From assembly GCA_040754455.1 (NCBI GenBank), contig JBFMCP010000025.1, positions 1 through 49,909 of the forward strand: 49,909 nucleotides of DNA. The letters are read 5' to 3'. Under the pieces are notes generated by a model. That model was not told the DNA's origin. It saw only the letters and a list, made by a program, of their open reading frames with translations, and searched no databases. Both the position numbers and the translations under genes were made by a program. This document shows, in pieces, positions 19,121 to 27,574 of the stretch. The DNA comes from Nitrospirota bacterium (GTDB lineage: Bacteria; Nitrospirota; Thermodesulfovibrionia; Thermodesulfovibrionales; Dissulfurispiraceae). Position 1 is the stretch's first letter, and every line of letters starts with the position of its first letter.

Positions 19121-20257
19121 ATGGTCCGCAGACTGAAAAGGGCATTTACGAATGTGGGCACTATCATCGATATCGTGCAGAAGACTGCCCGGGGAATAGA
19201 TTACCGCACCTTGAATACCTACATCCTGAGGATAAACGAACTGCAGGATATAAACGGAATTTTGTATGAAGTTTCAATGTGTTTGAAGAGTATCCTGAAC
19301 TCCGAGCTCTTCGGCTTTGCCATAAAGGACGGTCCGGTGCTCGATGTCTGGATCGACCCCCGGGTCTACAAGGGGCATTTTATTGAAATAATCCAAAAGG
19401 ATTTTGATTGTCAGAATATTGACAATTTTCACTATTTTGACAACCATCATTCAATGGAATACCGCACCAGCGATATTGCTGCCGATAATGTCCTCTCTTA
19501 TAAGGTCATGGATAAAGAATATGCGGCACGGCTCTATATTCTGCCCCGGAGAAAGATGCTCTCCCACCACAACGAAATCATTTCGATCATCATTGAGACG
19601 ATGCGGATTGTGCTCGACAACTATATGAGCAGAAAGAAGCTCGAAAACGCAGCGGCTATTGATGCCCTGACCAATTGCTATAACCGGAGGGCGATGGACA
19701 GCTTCCTCGACCATCACGTGGCGATAGCCCACCGCTACGGCAGCGACCTCTCGGTGATCATGTTCGATATCGATCATTTCAAGCAGATTAACGACACCTT
19801 CGGACACCAGGCAGGCGATGCCGTGCTGAGGGATATCCCCCGCATCATACTCCCTTCGATACGGAAAAGCGATTACATTGCACGGTACGGAGGCGAGGAA
19901 TTTGTGCTGGTGCTTCCCAATACAAAATTCTACTTTGCTGTGGAGCTCGCCGAGCGGCTCAGGGTAAAGCTTCAGAACCATGCCGTTGCGTTCGGCAATC
20001 AGCTCATCGGGATCACTTCGAGTTTCGGCGTGGCATCACTGAGGAAGGAGTATGATAAGCACCAGCTCCTGAAGGAAGCCGATACCATGCTCTACAAAGC
20101 GAAACACGCGGGCAGAAACAAGGTCATGCCCGATCTGGAGCTCTGCGCAGAAGACTTCGCCGCTCTGCGCAAGATCATGAGCCGCAATGATCTGACGAGA
20201 TTGATTACGTTCTTGAGTATGTCCCTCGATTTTGAAGGAGCCCGCGAGGAAAGCTGA
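19121..20257 (+). CDS. Diguanylate cyclase (GGDEF) with an N-terminal GAF-like region
   Basis: Start reassigned to ATG 19121 (RBS GAGGAGG). DIDHFKQINDTFGHQAGD, RKSD I-site and RYGGEEF. Confidence 0.92.
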   Translation: MVRRLKRAFTNVGTIIDIVQKTARGIDYRTLNTYILRINELQDINGILYEVSMCLKSILNSELFGFAIKDGPVLDVWIDPRVYKGHFIEIIQKDFDCQNIDNFHYFDNHHSMEYRTSDIAADNVLSYKVMDKEYAARLYILPRRKMLSHHNEIISIIIETMRIVLDNYMSRKKLENAAAIDALTNCYNRRAMDSFLDHHVAIAHRYGSDLSVIMFDIDHFKQINDTFGHQAGDAVLRDIPRIILPSIRKSDYIARYGGEEFVLVLPNTKFYFAVELAERLRVKLQNHAVAFGNQLIGITSSFGVASLRKEYDKHQLLKEADTMLYKAKHAGRNKVMPDLELCAEDFAALRKIMSRNDLTRLITFLSMSLDFEGAREES

Positions 20258-20303
20258 TTCTCGGAAGGATAGTACTCGACTCAATTCCAGAGCCGCTCTA
20301 GGG

Positions 20304-20330
20304 TGGCGGGAGCATGTGGGAATCGAACCC
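20304..20330 (-). other. 3' fragment of tRNA-Sec (selC), probable integration (att) scar
   Basis: Minus strand GGG-TTCGATT-CCCAC-ATGCTCCC-G-CCA: T-loop, 5-nt T-stem, 8-nt acceptor strand, G73 and CCA. The rest of the tRNA is absent. Confidence 0.75.
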
Positions 20331-20404
20331 GTAGAAGTTGGCTCCCAGACAGGGTTTGCCGGCACCATGGTGGCTATTTGATGGCGGTCTTCAGTTCTAC
20401 CACT

Positions 20405-20773
20405 TTATTTTTTCCGCTCCTGGACCTCACGAGAACATCCGCCACTTCCAGTTTTGCATAATTTCTTCAATCGCTTTGCAACAAGCCTGTATATCTCTTT
20501 CTTATCACGTTTGCCGATGCCGACTATCTCGATTACTTCTATCTGCTCACCACGCAGCCGGTAGACGATGCGATATTTTTTTTTCGCAAAATAGAGCTTG
20601 TAAAGCCCTGTTAGGTTTATTCCAAATTTGTTTCCGAGTGAGGCGCCTAAAAAGGGGTTTCTCGAAAGGGCGTCGATCTTTTTTGTCGCTTCTTTTCTTA
20701 TCGATTTATCAAGGGAAGCGAAGTCTTCTGCGGCATCGGGGATGAATTCAACCTTATGCGCCTGCTCCCACAA
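20405..20773 (-). pseudogene. RelE/ParE-family toxin, native start and antitoxin apparently lost
   Basis: KVEFIPDAAEDFASLD...LYKLYF..KYRIVY..IGKR. The 5' end is fused to an IS3 orfB remnant and no antitoxin is adjacent. Confidence 0.75.
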
Positions 20774-21305
20774 AACGGCAACTTCAGGTGAATCTCGTCG
20801 ATCAGTCGCATAAGTTCCAAGTCTCGCTCACTTATCGGCACTGCTTCGTAGTACAGGCTTGCCCGTGAAAGTTCAAGTAGCTCGCATTGCCGGGTAATGG
20901 GCAAGGAATGATCCCGGTCAATCATCTCTTTGCGCTCGACCCGGCTATGCGCCCGAGCGCGATTGATAAAAAATCGTTCTCCATCGTCAGCTGCCCTATC
21001 TTGGCATGGAGCTCTTTGATACTCGGTCCCTCCTGGAACTTTTTGTCTTTCCCAAACACTTCCTCCGCCCTCTCCAGCATCTGTTTCCTCCACTCTACGA
21101 TCAGGTTCGGATGTACCCCGAATCGTTGTGCCAACCCCGAGATCGTCTGTTCCCCCTTAATTGCCTCAAGTGCCACTTTCGCCTTGAATGCCGCTCCGTG
21201 ATTCCTTCTCTGCCTTTTTGCCATGCTCGCTACTCCTTTCTGTTTCATTATTTTAGAGCAGCTTTATCACTTATGTCCCTGTCTATTTTTCTCCGGCCAG
21301 CTCTT
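20752..21305 (-). mobile_element. Truncated IS3-family insertion sequence (IRL, orfA, start of orfB)
   Basis: IR-like AGAGCTGGCCGGAGAAAAATAGACA at ~21280-21304, intact orfA, slippery GATTTTTTA at 20967-20975, and orfB start (ITRQCELLELSRASLYY...FCGSRRI) ending with no DDE domain. Confidence 0.85.
20922..21224 (-). CDS. IS3-family transposase OrfA
   Basis: RRNHGAAFKAKVALEA...GVHPNLIVEW...LHAKIGQLTMENDFL. RBS AAGGAG before ATG 21224. Confidence 0.9.
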   Translation of the reverse strand: MAKRQRRNHGAAFKAKVALEAIKGEQTISGLAQRFGVHPNLIVEWRKQMLERAEEVFGKDKKFQEGPSIKELHAKIGQLTMENDFLSIALGRIAGSSAKR

Positions 21306-21860
21306 GATTCCCTGCCCTTTGCCGAGGAGCAAAAGGACAAAGTGGTAAAACGGGTGAAAAATATTACGTTCTCTACCATGCTCGGCGGCGTTGTTATCGC
21401 AGTAGCTCAAGGCCTTGTGGGGGGCATGATCCTTTTTGTGCTCGGCTTTTCATCTCCTGCCGTATGGGGCCTTGTCATTGCGATTGTTTCGTTCCTGCCC
21501 GGGATCGGTCACTTTGTAGTATGGGCGCCTGTGGCCGTATACCTTCTTATTCAGGGTGAGGTCATAAAAGGACTCGGCCTTATAGCTGCCGGAGTTCTTG
21601 GACTGGGTATGATAGACGATTTTGTGAGGCCGTATGTGATCGGCAGCAGGACGAAGATGCCGTTCCCCGTACTGTTCTTCAGTGTCATCGGCGGCATAAA
21701 GCAGTTCGGACTTCTGGGGTTCATCTTAGGACCGATGAGCCTTGTCCTCTTCATATCAGTCATGGAGGTTTTAAGAGGGATTGAGAACGACAGGAGAGCA
21801 GAGGAATCAGCAGAAAGCCGTTTGCGGGGTTTTAGGTGTGCTACAGAGAGAGTGCATTGA
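21306..21860 (+). pseudogene. AI-2E family transporter, 5'-truncated by the IS
   Basis: AQGLVGG, SFLPGIG, DDFVRPYVIG and SVIGGIKQFGLLGFILGP (C-terminal half only). Begins at the IS end. Confidence 0.85.
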
Positions 21861-21896
21861 CTGTGTACAGAAATGGTGCTAAACCTTTAAATAAAG
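21857..21896 (+). promoter_or_regulatory. Putative promoter (shared motif) for PPGVP microprotein 1
   Basis: TTGACT-17 nt (ending TGC)-TAAACC-TTTAAATAAAG. Confidence 0.55.
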
Positions 21897-21962
21897 GTAT
21901 GTCTACAACAGAGTTCTTTTTGTTTGTAACAAATCGGCTCACAATCTATGGGAGGGTGGATT

Positions 21963-22121
21963 ATGATTACTAAGAAGAGAACGGTAAAAGGCGCGCCTAA
22001 AATGAAGAAGTCAGAGCAAAGGACGGTGATAAAACCTCCAAAGCCGCCCGGGGTGCCGTCGGAGATTCCACCGAAACCGCCGAAAAAGCCGAAAACGCCC
22101 AAGATGCCGCCGTCTGCTTAA
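21963..22121 (+). CDS. Basic Pro-rich PPGVP microprotein 1 (52 aa)
   Basis: RBS GGAGGG. MITKKRTVKGAPKMKKSEQRTVIKPPKPPGVPSEIPPKPPKKPKTPKMPPSA; motif shared with three other small ORFs. Confidence 0.7.
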   Translation: MITKKRTVKGAPKMKKSEQRTVIKPPKPPGVPSEIPPKPPKKPKTPKMPPSA

Positions 22122-22271
22122 AACTTGCCACACGTCTATAGAGATAAGATAAGCGTTGGTTCAGCATGTCGTATTCACAGCTGCGCGTGCATACAGTCTC
22201 GAATCAAGAGGTAATATCCACTGCTGCATTGATTTGCTCTTAGAATAAGGAGTGATTCGAGGGGTACAAGA

Positions 22272-22607
22272 ATGCTAAAGGGAACGATAGCTGCAATAGG
22301 ATGTATCCTCGCGGTATTGTCCCTGCCTTCCTGCAGGACAGAGCGTGATACATCGGAAAAGGGGTCAGATTCAGTATACCGTTTGAGCATTAACATTATC
22401 GGCGCAGGCATCGTGACAGGGCCGGATATCAAGTGTAAAGGCGTGTGTGAGATAGAGCTTGCAAGAGGAGCGAAGGTGATTCTCAACGCTGTCCCGGCAA
22501 GCGAATGGACCTTTGTCGGATGGGACGGTGCATGCAGAGGGAAAAACACTTGTTCGCTTACCATGGAGAGTGACCTGAGCGTCAAAGCGATATTCACCTA
22601 TCCATGA
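22272..22607 (+). CDS. Lipoprotein with a divergent InlB-B/bacterial-repeat-like domain
   Basis: Lipobox-like LPSC and LNAVPASEWTFVGWDGAC...SVKAIF. Confidence 0.7.
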   Translation: MLKGTIAAIGCILAVLSLPSCRTERDTSEKGSDSVYRLSINIIGAGIVTGPDIKCKGVCEIELARGAKVILNAVPASEWTFVGWDGACRGKNTCSLTMESDLSVKAIFTYP

Positions 22608-22666
22608 TAATAATCTTGCTTACGACAGCTCCTCATAAACTTCAACAGGACAAGGAGGAACTACCA

Positions 22667-22999
22667 ATGAGAATGTATGGTGTCATTGCAACCTTTTTAC
22701 TGATGATCGCCTTGGTTGCAGCACCCGGCTGCAAAAAGGCGGAAGAGCCTGCATCGCCGCCCCCGGTGCCCAAGGCGGAACCCGCGCCCCCTGCAGAAGT
22801 TCCGCCTACCCCCGCTCCCGGCCTGACCCCGACACCGGGACCGGAGAAGTCCGTTACCCCTCCGCCCACTCAAACACCGCCGACCCCTGCGCCGGGATTA
22901 ACGCCGACACCGGGCCCTGAAAGGACACAAAAGGAAGAGAGGCCTAAAGAGAAGGCGGCCGCCGGGAAGTCTTCGAAAAAGAAATCCGGCGGATATTAA
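22667..22999 (+). CDS. Pro/Thr-rich lipoprotein with an internal repeat
   Basis: RBS AAGGAGG, ATG 22667, signal ending APGC, and two copies of PPTPAPGLTPTPGPE. Confidence 0.75.
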   Translation: MRMYGVIATFLLMIALVAAPGCKKAEEPASPPPVPKAEPAPPAEVPPTPAPGLTPTPGPEKSVTPPPTQTPPTPAPGLTPTPGPERTQKEERPKEKAAAGKSSKKKSGGY

Positions 23000-23081
23000 T
23001 CCCCTGTGACAGCGGAGTGAGAGCAAATTCTCCTGTTGCCGCCAGCTGCAAACGTTTTTGTATATAAGGAAAGGAGTTGAA

Positions 23082-23456
23082 ATGATGAAGAAGAGCGCTT
23101 CTGTAACGTCAAGAACACCGGGAAAGGGAACAGGGCGTAGAACGACGCATGGGAGAGCACTCCCTTCGGAGCTGAAGCTAAAGCAGCCGTTTGTAAAGCC
23201 GCAAACCGCGAAGACCAGAAGAGATCAAGCGATTGAGTACGCACGAAAGACAAGCGCGAATGTCGACGTATCGGATGTGGTAGGCAGTACGCAGTTGGCG
23301 GAGGGCGAAGCAACAAGAAAATTGTGGGAGCGGCACAGGAAACGCAGTACAGCGAAGGCCGCCGAGGATAGGGCTGCTAAGTCGATCTATGGAAGCAGAA
23401 CAAAAGTATCCGTAGCAAGGATTGAAAAAGATAAAAGAGGAGGGACAAAGAGGTAA
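23082..23456 (+). CDS. Basic hydrophilic hypothetical protein (124 aa)
   Basis: RBS AAGGAG before ATG 23082. Lys/Arg/Thr-rich, no recognisable domain. Confidence 0.6.
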   Translation: MMKKSASVTSRTPGKGTGRRTTHGRALPSELKLKQPFVKPQTAKTRRDQAIEYARKTSANVDVSDVVGSTQLAEGEATRKLWERHRKRSTAKAAEDRAAKSIYGSRTKVSVARIEKDKRGGTKR

Positions 23457-23673
23457 AACGGATCTCGTCACTTTGTACACTTGTAGTTTACACCGCTTGG
23501 CATGGTGGACAGAGTATGATCAGGTTGTATTGTGAGCGCGAGCGAAGTGCGGCAGTAACTCTTTCTCCGGTTGTTTGATTCTCAAAGTTAAGGCTGATCT
23601 GTTGATTCCAACCTGCCACCAGGGAGCTACCGCTTTTTCTTGCTCAGTTTTAGCTTCCAATTGTGTCCATTAG

Positions 23674-24591
23674 ATGACGATCCCCGAGGAGCCCGCGATG
23701 ATCTATGGTATTTCTATAAAGCAGTTTTTGCTCGATCTCAAACGAGAGATCAGCGACGACAATGTTTCCAACGGTGCTGCAGCATTGGGCTTCTATTTGA
23801 CGCTGGCGGTCTTTCCGACGATGATTCTATTAATGACCGTCATCCCTTATCTGCCGATCCACAATGTTGACAAGGCGATCATGGACCTGCTGGGACAGGC
23901 GCTGCCGGCCGAGGCCTTCGACATGGTTGCCGGGGTAGTGAACGAAGTCACCAGCAAACGGCGCGTAGGTCTGCTGTCGTTCGGCTTGCTGGGGACACTC
24001 TGGGCGGCTTCTGCTGGAATGTACGCGATCATGCAGCAGCTCAACATCACCTACGATGTCAAGGAGGAACGCAGCTTTATACGCGCACGGGCAACGGCGC
24101 TCATCCTGAGCCTGCTGTTCGCTCTGCTGGTGATCGGGGCATTTTCGCTTATCGTGCTCGGCGGCGTTATCCAGGATTGGATCGGCTCCCGGCTTGGTTT
24201 CACCGGTGCGCTGCTCAAGTTTTTTGCCGTGTTCCGGTGGATCGTGATCGTAGTCGCACTGTTGCTGGGATTTGCGATGATCTATCGCTATGCACCTAAC
24301 GTCGAGCAGAAGTTCATGTTCATTACACCCGGCAGCGTGCTCGGGGTGACACTGCTCATCGTAGCTTCACTCGGGTTTGCTATTTACACCCGTAACTTTG
24401 CCAATTACAGTGCGACCTACGGCAGTATCGGCGCAGTGATAATTCTGATGCTGTGGCTCTACATCGCGGGGCTGGTGGTCCTCGTCGGCTCGGAAATCAA
24501 TGCACTCATCGAGCACTACAGCCCGAAGGGGAAGCGGAAGGGCGAGAAGAGGGAAGGGGAGCGCCACGGAAGCAGCCCGTCGGCGGGCTAG
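23674..24591 (+). CDS. YihY/virulence factor BrkB family membrane protein
   Basis: AAALGFYLTLAVFP, LWAASAG, YRYAPN and YSATYGSIGAVIILMLWLY. Confidence 0.92.
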   Translation: MTIPEEPAMIYGISIKQFLLDLKREISDDNVSNGAAALGFYLTLAVFPTMILLMTVIPYLPIHNVDKAIMDLLGQALPAEAFDMVAGVVNEVTSKRRVGLLSFGLLGTLWAASAGMYAIMQQLNITYDVKEERSFIRARATALILSLLFALLVIGAFSLIVLGGVIQDWIGSRLGFTGALLKFFAVFRWIVIVVALLLGFAMIYRYAPNVEQKFMFITPGSVLGVTLLIVASLGFAIYTRNFANYSATYGSIGAVIILMLWLYIAGLVVLVGSEINALIEHYSPKGKRKGEKREGERHGSSPSAG

Positions 24592-24634
24592 CCGGAAATG
24601 CGCTGTCGGCAGGCATGGTATTCGACAGAGCACT

Positions 24635-24751
24635 TCAGACCTTCGGCGTCGGTGTTTTCGGCACTCCCGGCGGTCGGGAAGGTGTTGAGGTGCTCTTCGT
24701 CCGCGTCCTTTTTGTTGCTGTAGATTTGGCCTTTTTTTGCTTCGATGCCAT
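24635..24751 (-). CDS. Basic Pro-rich PPGVP microprotein 2 (38 aa)
   Basis: RBS AAGGA. MASKQKKAKSTATKRTRTKSTSTPSRPPGVPKTPTPKV. Confidence 0.7.
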   Translation of the reverse strand: MASKQKKAKSTATKRTRTKSTSTPSRPPGVPKTPTPKV

Positions 24752-24850
24752 TCTCTGGTTCCTTTCTTTGTTCTTTAGTGAGATCAGCTAAGCCTGACAC
24801 TCATACCAAGAGATCTTCTTACCACTTCAATACAAACGACAAATCAGACC

Positions 24851-25219
24851 TTATTGCTTCTCTTGCATGCTACTTTTGGAGATATCCTGCCATGGCCATC
24901 GGCCTGTCATTTCAAGCTCAAGCGTAAAGCTCAGGAATGTCCTTATCAGGACAATGATCACGAGCACCCCTGCGCTGTGAAACGAGGGCTCGACGGCAAC
25001 AGTTTTGATGATATCTGCGGCAACCAGAAACTCCAGTCCAAGAAGAATGCCGCGACCGAGCTCACGGCGATAGGTCAGGAAGACCTCGCGGCGCGCAGCT
25101 TTTCTGGCCAGGAGAGCTGCCACAATTGTTGAGTACAATGCCCCCAGGGCAATGACGCCGACCCCAAATGCCTCAAGTACCGTTGCCACCTCTTCAACAA
25201 GCGGCTTTATCGAGCTCAT
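24851..25219 (-). CDS. DUF1622 family membrane protein
   Basis: LGRGILLGLEFLVAADII and IRTFLSFTLELEMTGRWPWQ. Confidence 0.9.
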   Translation of the reverse strand: MSSIKPLVEEVATVLEAFGVGVIALGALYSTIVAALLARKAARREVFLTYRRELGRGILLGLEFLVAADIIKTVAVEPSFHSAGVLVIIVLIRTFLSFTLELEMTGRWPWQDISKSSMQEKQ

Positions 25220-25302
25220 AGGGTAGTCCTCCCGATCCCTTAGAGGGGTTAAAGGGAATCCGGCCGTAAAAGCCTGGAACTCACCATCTGATGCACGGCG
25301 CT

Positions 25303-25473
25303 TCAGGCTCTCGGCTTCGGCTTTTTCGGCACTCCCGGAGGGCGGGTAGGGTGCGTAGGTGGCGACTTCGGCGGCATTTCCGGAGGTGACGGAGTCCTTA
25401 TCTTCCCCTTGGCTCTTTTTGTTCCGGCGCCCTTTGATGTTGAAGATGCAGCTGTTCTCGGTATCTTTGTCAT
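25303..25473 (-). CDS. Basic Pro-rich PPGVP microprotein 3 (56 aa)
   Basis: MTKIPRTAASSTSKGAGTKRAKGKIRTPSPPEMPPKSPPTHPTRPPGVPKKPKPRA, directly downstream of the PRC-barrel gene. RBS weak. Confidence 0.65.
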   Translation of the reverse strand: MTKIPRTAASSTSKGAGTKRAKGKIRTPSPPEMPPKSPPTHPTRPPGVPKKPKPRA

Positions 25474-25516
25474 AGTCTCACTTCATTGGAATTGTGGAAA
25501 CTCATAGCCTCTACGA

Positions 25517-26290
25517 TCAAATCCAGTAATGCGGTCTGCTGTAATAATCGTAGAGCCGTGCCTCGTAGTACCTGTCCACGGTAACATTAGGATTGTATTC
25601 GGGGCTGTTCCTGACGGCATCTTTGGTGAGATCGACATGTACCTTTTCTTCGGCCCAATCGATATGCTTGATCCACTGCGTGGCAATCAGTACCTTCTTG
25701 CCCGGCAACCATTTGCGGGTGTCCACAATGATATAGCGCATAATCCAATCTTCATCATTGACGAGAAAATCCTCTACCTCACCGATTTCTCCATCAGTGG
25801 CCTGAATGCCGTAGCCTGTTACTTCTTTCGTGCTCCTCAGGTGAGGGTCCCCTCCCTCCTGCTTACCGATGTCTTCCGGGCGCACCTCCGTGAGAGGAGG
25901 TACATTGTGGTACATATCGCCGATCCAGTACGGAGACCAGCCATAAAACCGGTATAACTCGCTCTGATGCTGTCGCGAGATCGGCTTATCGGCCTCAATG
26001 CCTGGGCTGTTCTCCACCTGCTCTCGGGTGAGCACAACAGGGAAGATTTCCTGTTCCCAGTCAGGCTGTTCGAAGGCAGCCGGAGCAATAAGGACCTTTC
26101 TGCCCGAGAGCCATCCGCCGGTGTCGGCCACAAGGTAGCGCACCGTCCACGATATATCGTCGAAAAGAAACTCATCCGCCTTGCCGATATCGCTATCCCG
26201 TGCGCGGAGTTTGAATCCGGTAAGCTTATCGATACTCCGCAATGTGCCTACTCGTTGTATAACAGTCCCTTTTGTCTCTTGTGCTGCCAT
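25517..26290 (-). CDS. Tandem PRC-barrel domain protein (paralog 1)
   Basis: RBS AAGGAGG before ATG 26290. IGKADEFLFDDISWTVRYLVADTG, DPHLRS and IGEVEDFLVND. Confidence 0.9.
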   Translation of the reverse strand: MAAQETKGTVIQRVGTLRSIDKLTGFKLRARDSDIGKADEFLFDDISWTVRYLVADTGGWLSGRKVLIAPAAFEQPDWEQEIFPVVLTREQVENSPGIEADKPISRQHQSELYRFYGWSPYWIGDMYHNVPPLTEVRPEDIGKQEGGDPHLRSTKEVTGYGIQATDGEIGEVEDFLVNDEDWIMRYIIVDTRKWLPGKKVLIATQWIKHIDWAEEKVHVDLTKDAVRNSPEYNPNVTVDRYYEARLYDYYSRPHYWI

Positions 26291-26373
26291 AGGGTCCTCC
26301 TTTTTAAACACGCCGTATCGGGTTTGGATCTCTCGCCCTCATCGAACCACTACTGCGGAACTCGGCACTATCC

Positions 26374-26511
26374 CTACTTATCACTTACCAGCTGATCTAC
26401 ATACAGTCAAGGGAAATAACCATATCAGTAGTAAGGAATGGCTCTGTCCGATAATGAGGCGTCTCCATAATGGCTTGACAGACGCCCCGGTCCGGTTTAA
26501 AAGTTAAGTAT
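26374..26511. promoter_or_regulatory. Divergent promoter pair (PRC-barrel / mscS) with the shared motif
   Basis: Minus: TTGACT-17-TAAGTG-ATAAGTAG (26410-26374). Plus: TTGACA-17-TAAAAG-TTAAGTAT (26475-26511). Confidence 0.6.
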
Positions 26512-26569
26512 AAGATACTGCATTCCCGGACACATCATCCCGCCTATAAGCGGACAAGGAGCACATGAA

Positions 26570-27574
26570 ATGCCGTTCGACTTGTTGCCTGCATTGAAGC
26601 GTCTTGACGAGCTCGCCGACACCTTCGTACGATCACTGCCGGGCGTTCTTACAGCGTTACTCGTATTCCTCTTATTCTATGCTGTAGCAAAAGCAGTAAG
26701 AATGCTGGCGCGGCGTGCTGCCGAGCGGCGCGGACATGTGCATGCCGCGGGACTGGTGATCGGGCGACTGGCCCAGGGAGGCATCGTCCTCATCGGCACG
26801 CTTGTTGCGCTCTCAGTGGCGCTGCCGACGTTCAGGCCGGGCGATATCGTCGAGCTGCTCGGCATCGGGAGCATCGCCATCGGCTTTGCCTTTCGCGATA
26901 TCCTTCAGAATTTTCTTGCGGGGATACTGCTTCTCATAACGCGCCCCTTTTACATCGGCGACCAGATCGTCGTGAGTAACAATGAAGGGACGGTCGAGGA
27001 TATACAGACAAGGGCGACATTTATTCGTACCTATGACGGCAGGCGTATCGTTATTCCGAATGCCGAGCTTTTTACACAAAAGGTAACGGTCAACACCGCC
27101 TTCGAACAACGTCGCCTCGAATACGATATCGGCATCGGCTATAGCGATAATATTGATCAGGCGAAACGGATCATTCTCCAAACCATGCGGGAGACGGAAG
27201 GAGTGCTGAAGACGCCGGAGCCCGATGTGCTCGTTATGGACCTTGCGCCCTCGAGCCTCAATATCCGCGCCCGCTGGTGGATCACCCCCCCGCGCCACGC
27301 CGATGCCCTCGATGCGCGCGACAAGGTGCTCGCCGCAATAAGAATCAAGTTGAAAGAAAACGGCATCGACCTGCCGTTCCCGACGCAGCAGGTGCTCTTC
27401 CATGATCAGACCGAAGAGACCGATGGAGACCGGTCGCGGCAGCGCGAGGGATGGCCCGCAGGAAAGGATCCGGCTCCGCGTCCCCGCAGCGTAGCAGGAG
27501 CAATAGCGCAGTATGCGCGTGTGTGCGGGCAAGAGGATGGTGATGACGCACGCAGGTCACCGGGTCAGGCATAA
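26570..27574 (+). CDS. mscS: Small-conductance mechanosensitive channel (MscS family)
   Basis: AIGFAFRDILQNFLAG, RPFYIGD, GRRIVIPN and GIDLPFP. Confidence 0.92.
   Translation: MPFDLLPALKRLDELADTFVRSLPGVLTALLVFLLFYAVAKAVRMLARRAAERRGHVHAAGLVIGRLAQGGIVLIGTLVALSVALPTFRPGDIVELLGIGSIAIGFAFRDILQNFLAGILLLITRPFYIGDQIVVSNNEGTVEDIQTRATFIRTYDGRRIVIPNAELFTQKVTVNTAFEQRRLEYDIGIGYSDNIDQAKRIILQTMRETEGVLKTPEPDVLVMDLAPSSLNIRARWWITPPRHADALDARDKVLAAIRIKLKENGIDLPFPTQQVLFHDQTEETDGDRSRQREGWPAGKDPAPRPRSVAGAIAQYARVCGQEDGDDARRSPGQA

Noticed and set aside
19121..20257. Hypr-type (cGAMP-producing) GGDEF
   Set aside because: The specificity position is the canonical Asp (GHQAGD), not Ser/Thr.
20304..20400. Intact tRNA-Sec gene
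   Set aside because: No UCA anticodon arm, D-arm or 5' acceptor strand at the expected distance; only the 3' 27 nt match.
23520..23570. GAGCGCGAGCGAAGTGCGGC as an integron attC or repeat
   Set aside because: No RYYYAAC/GTTRRRY boxes forming a paired structure, and no second copy.
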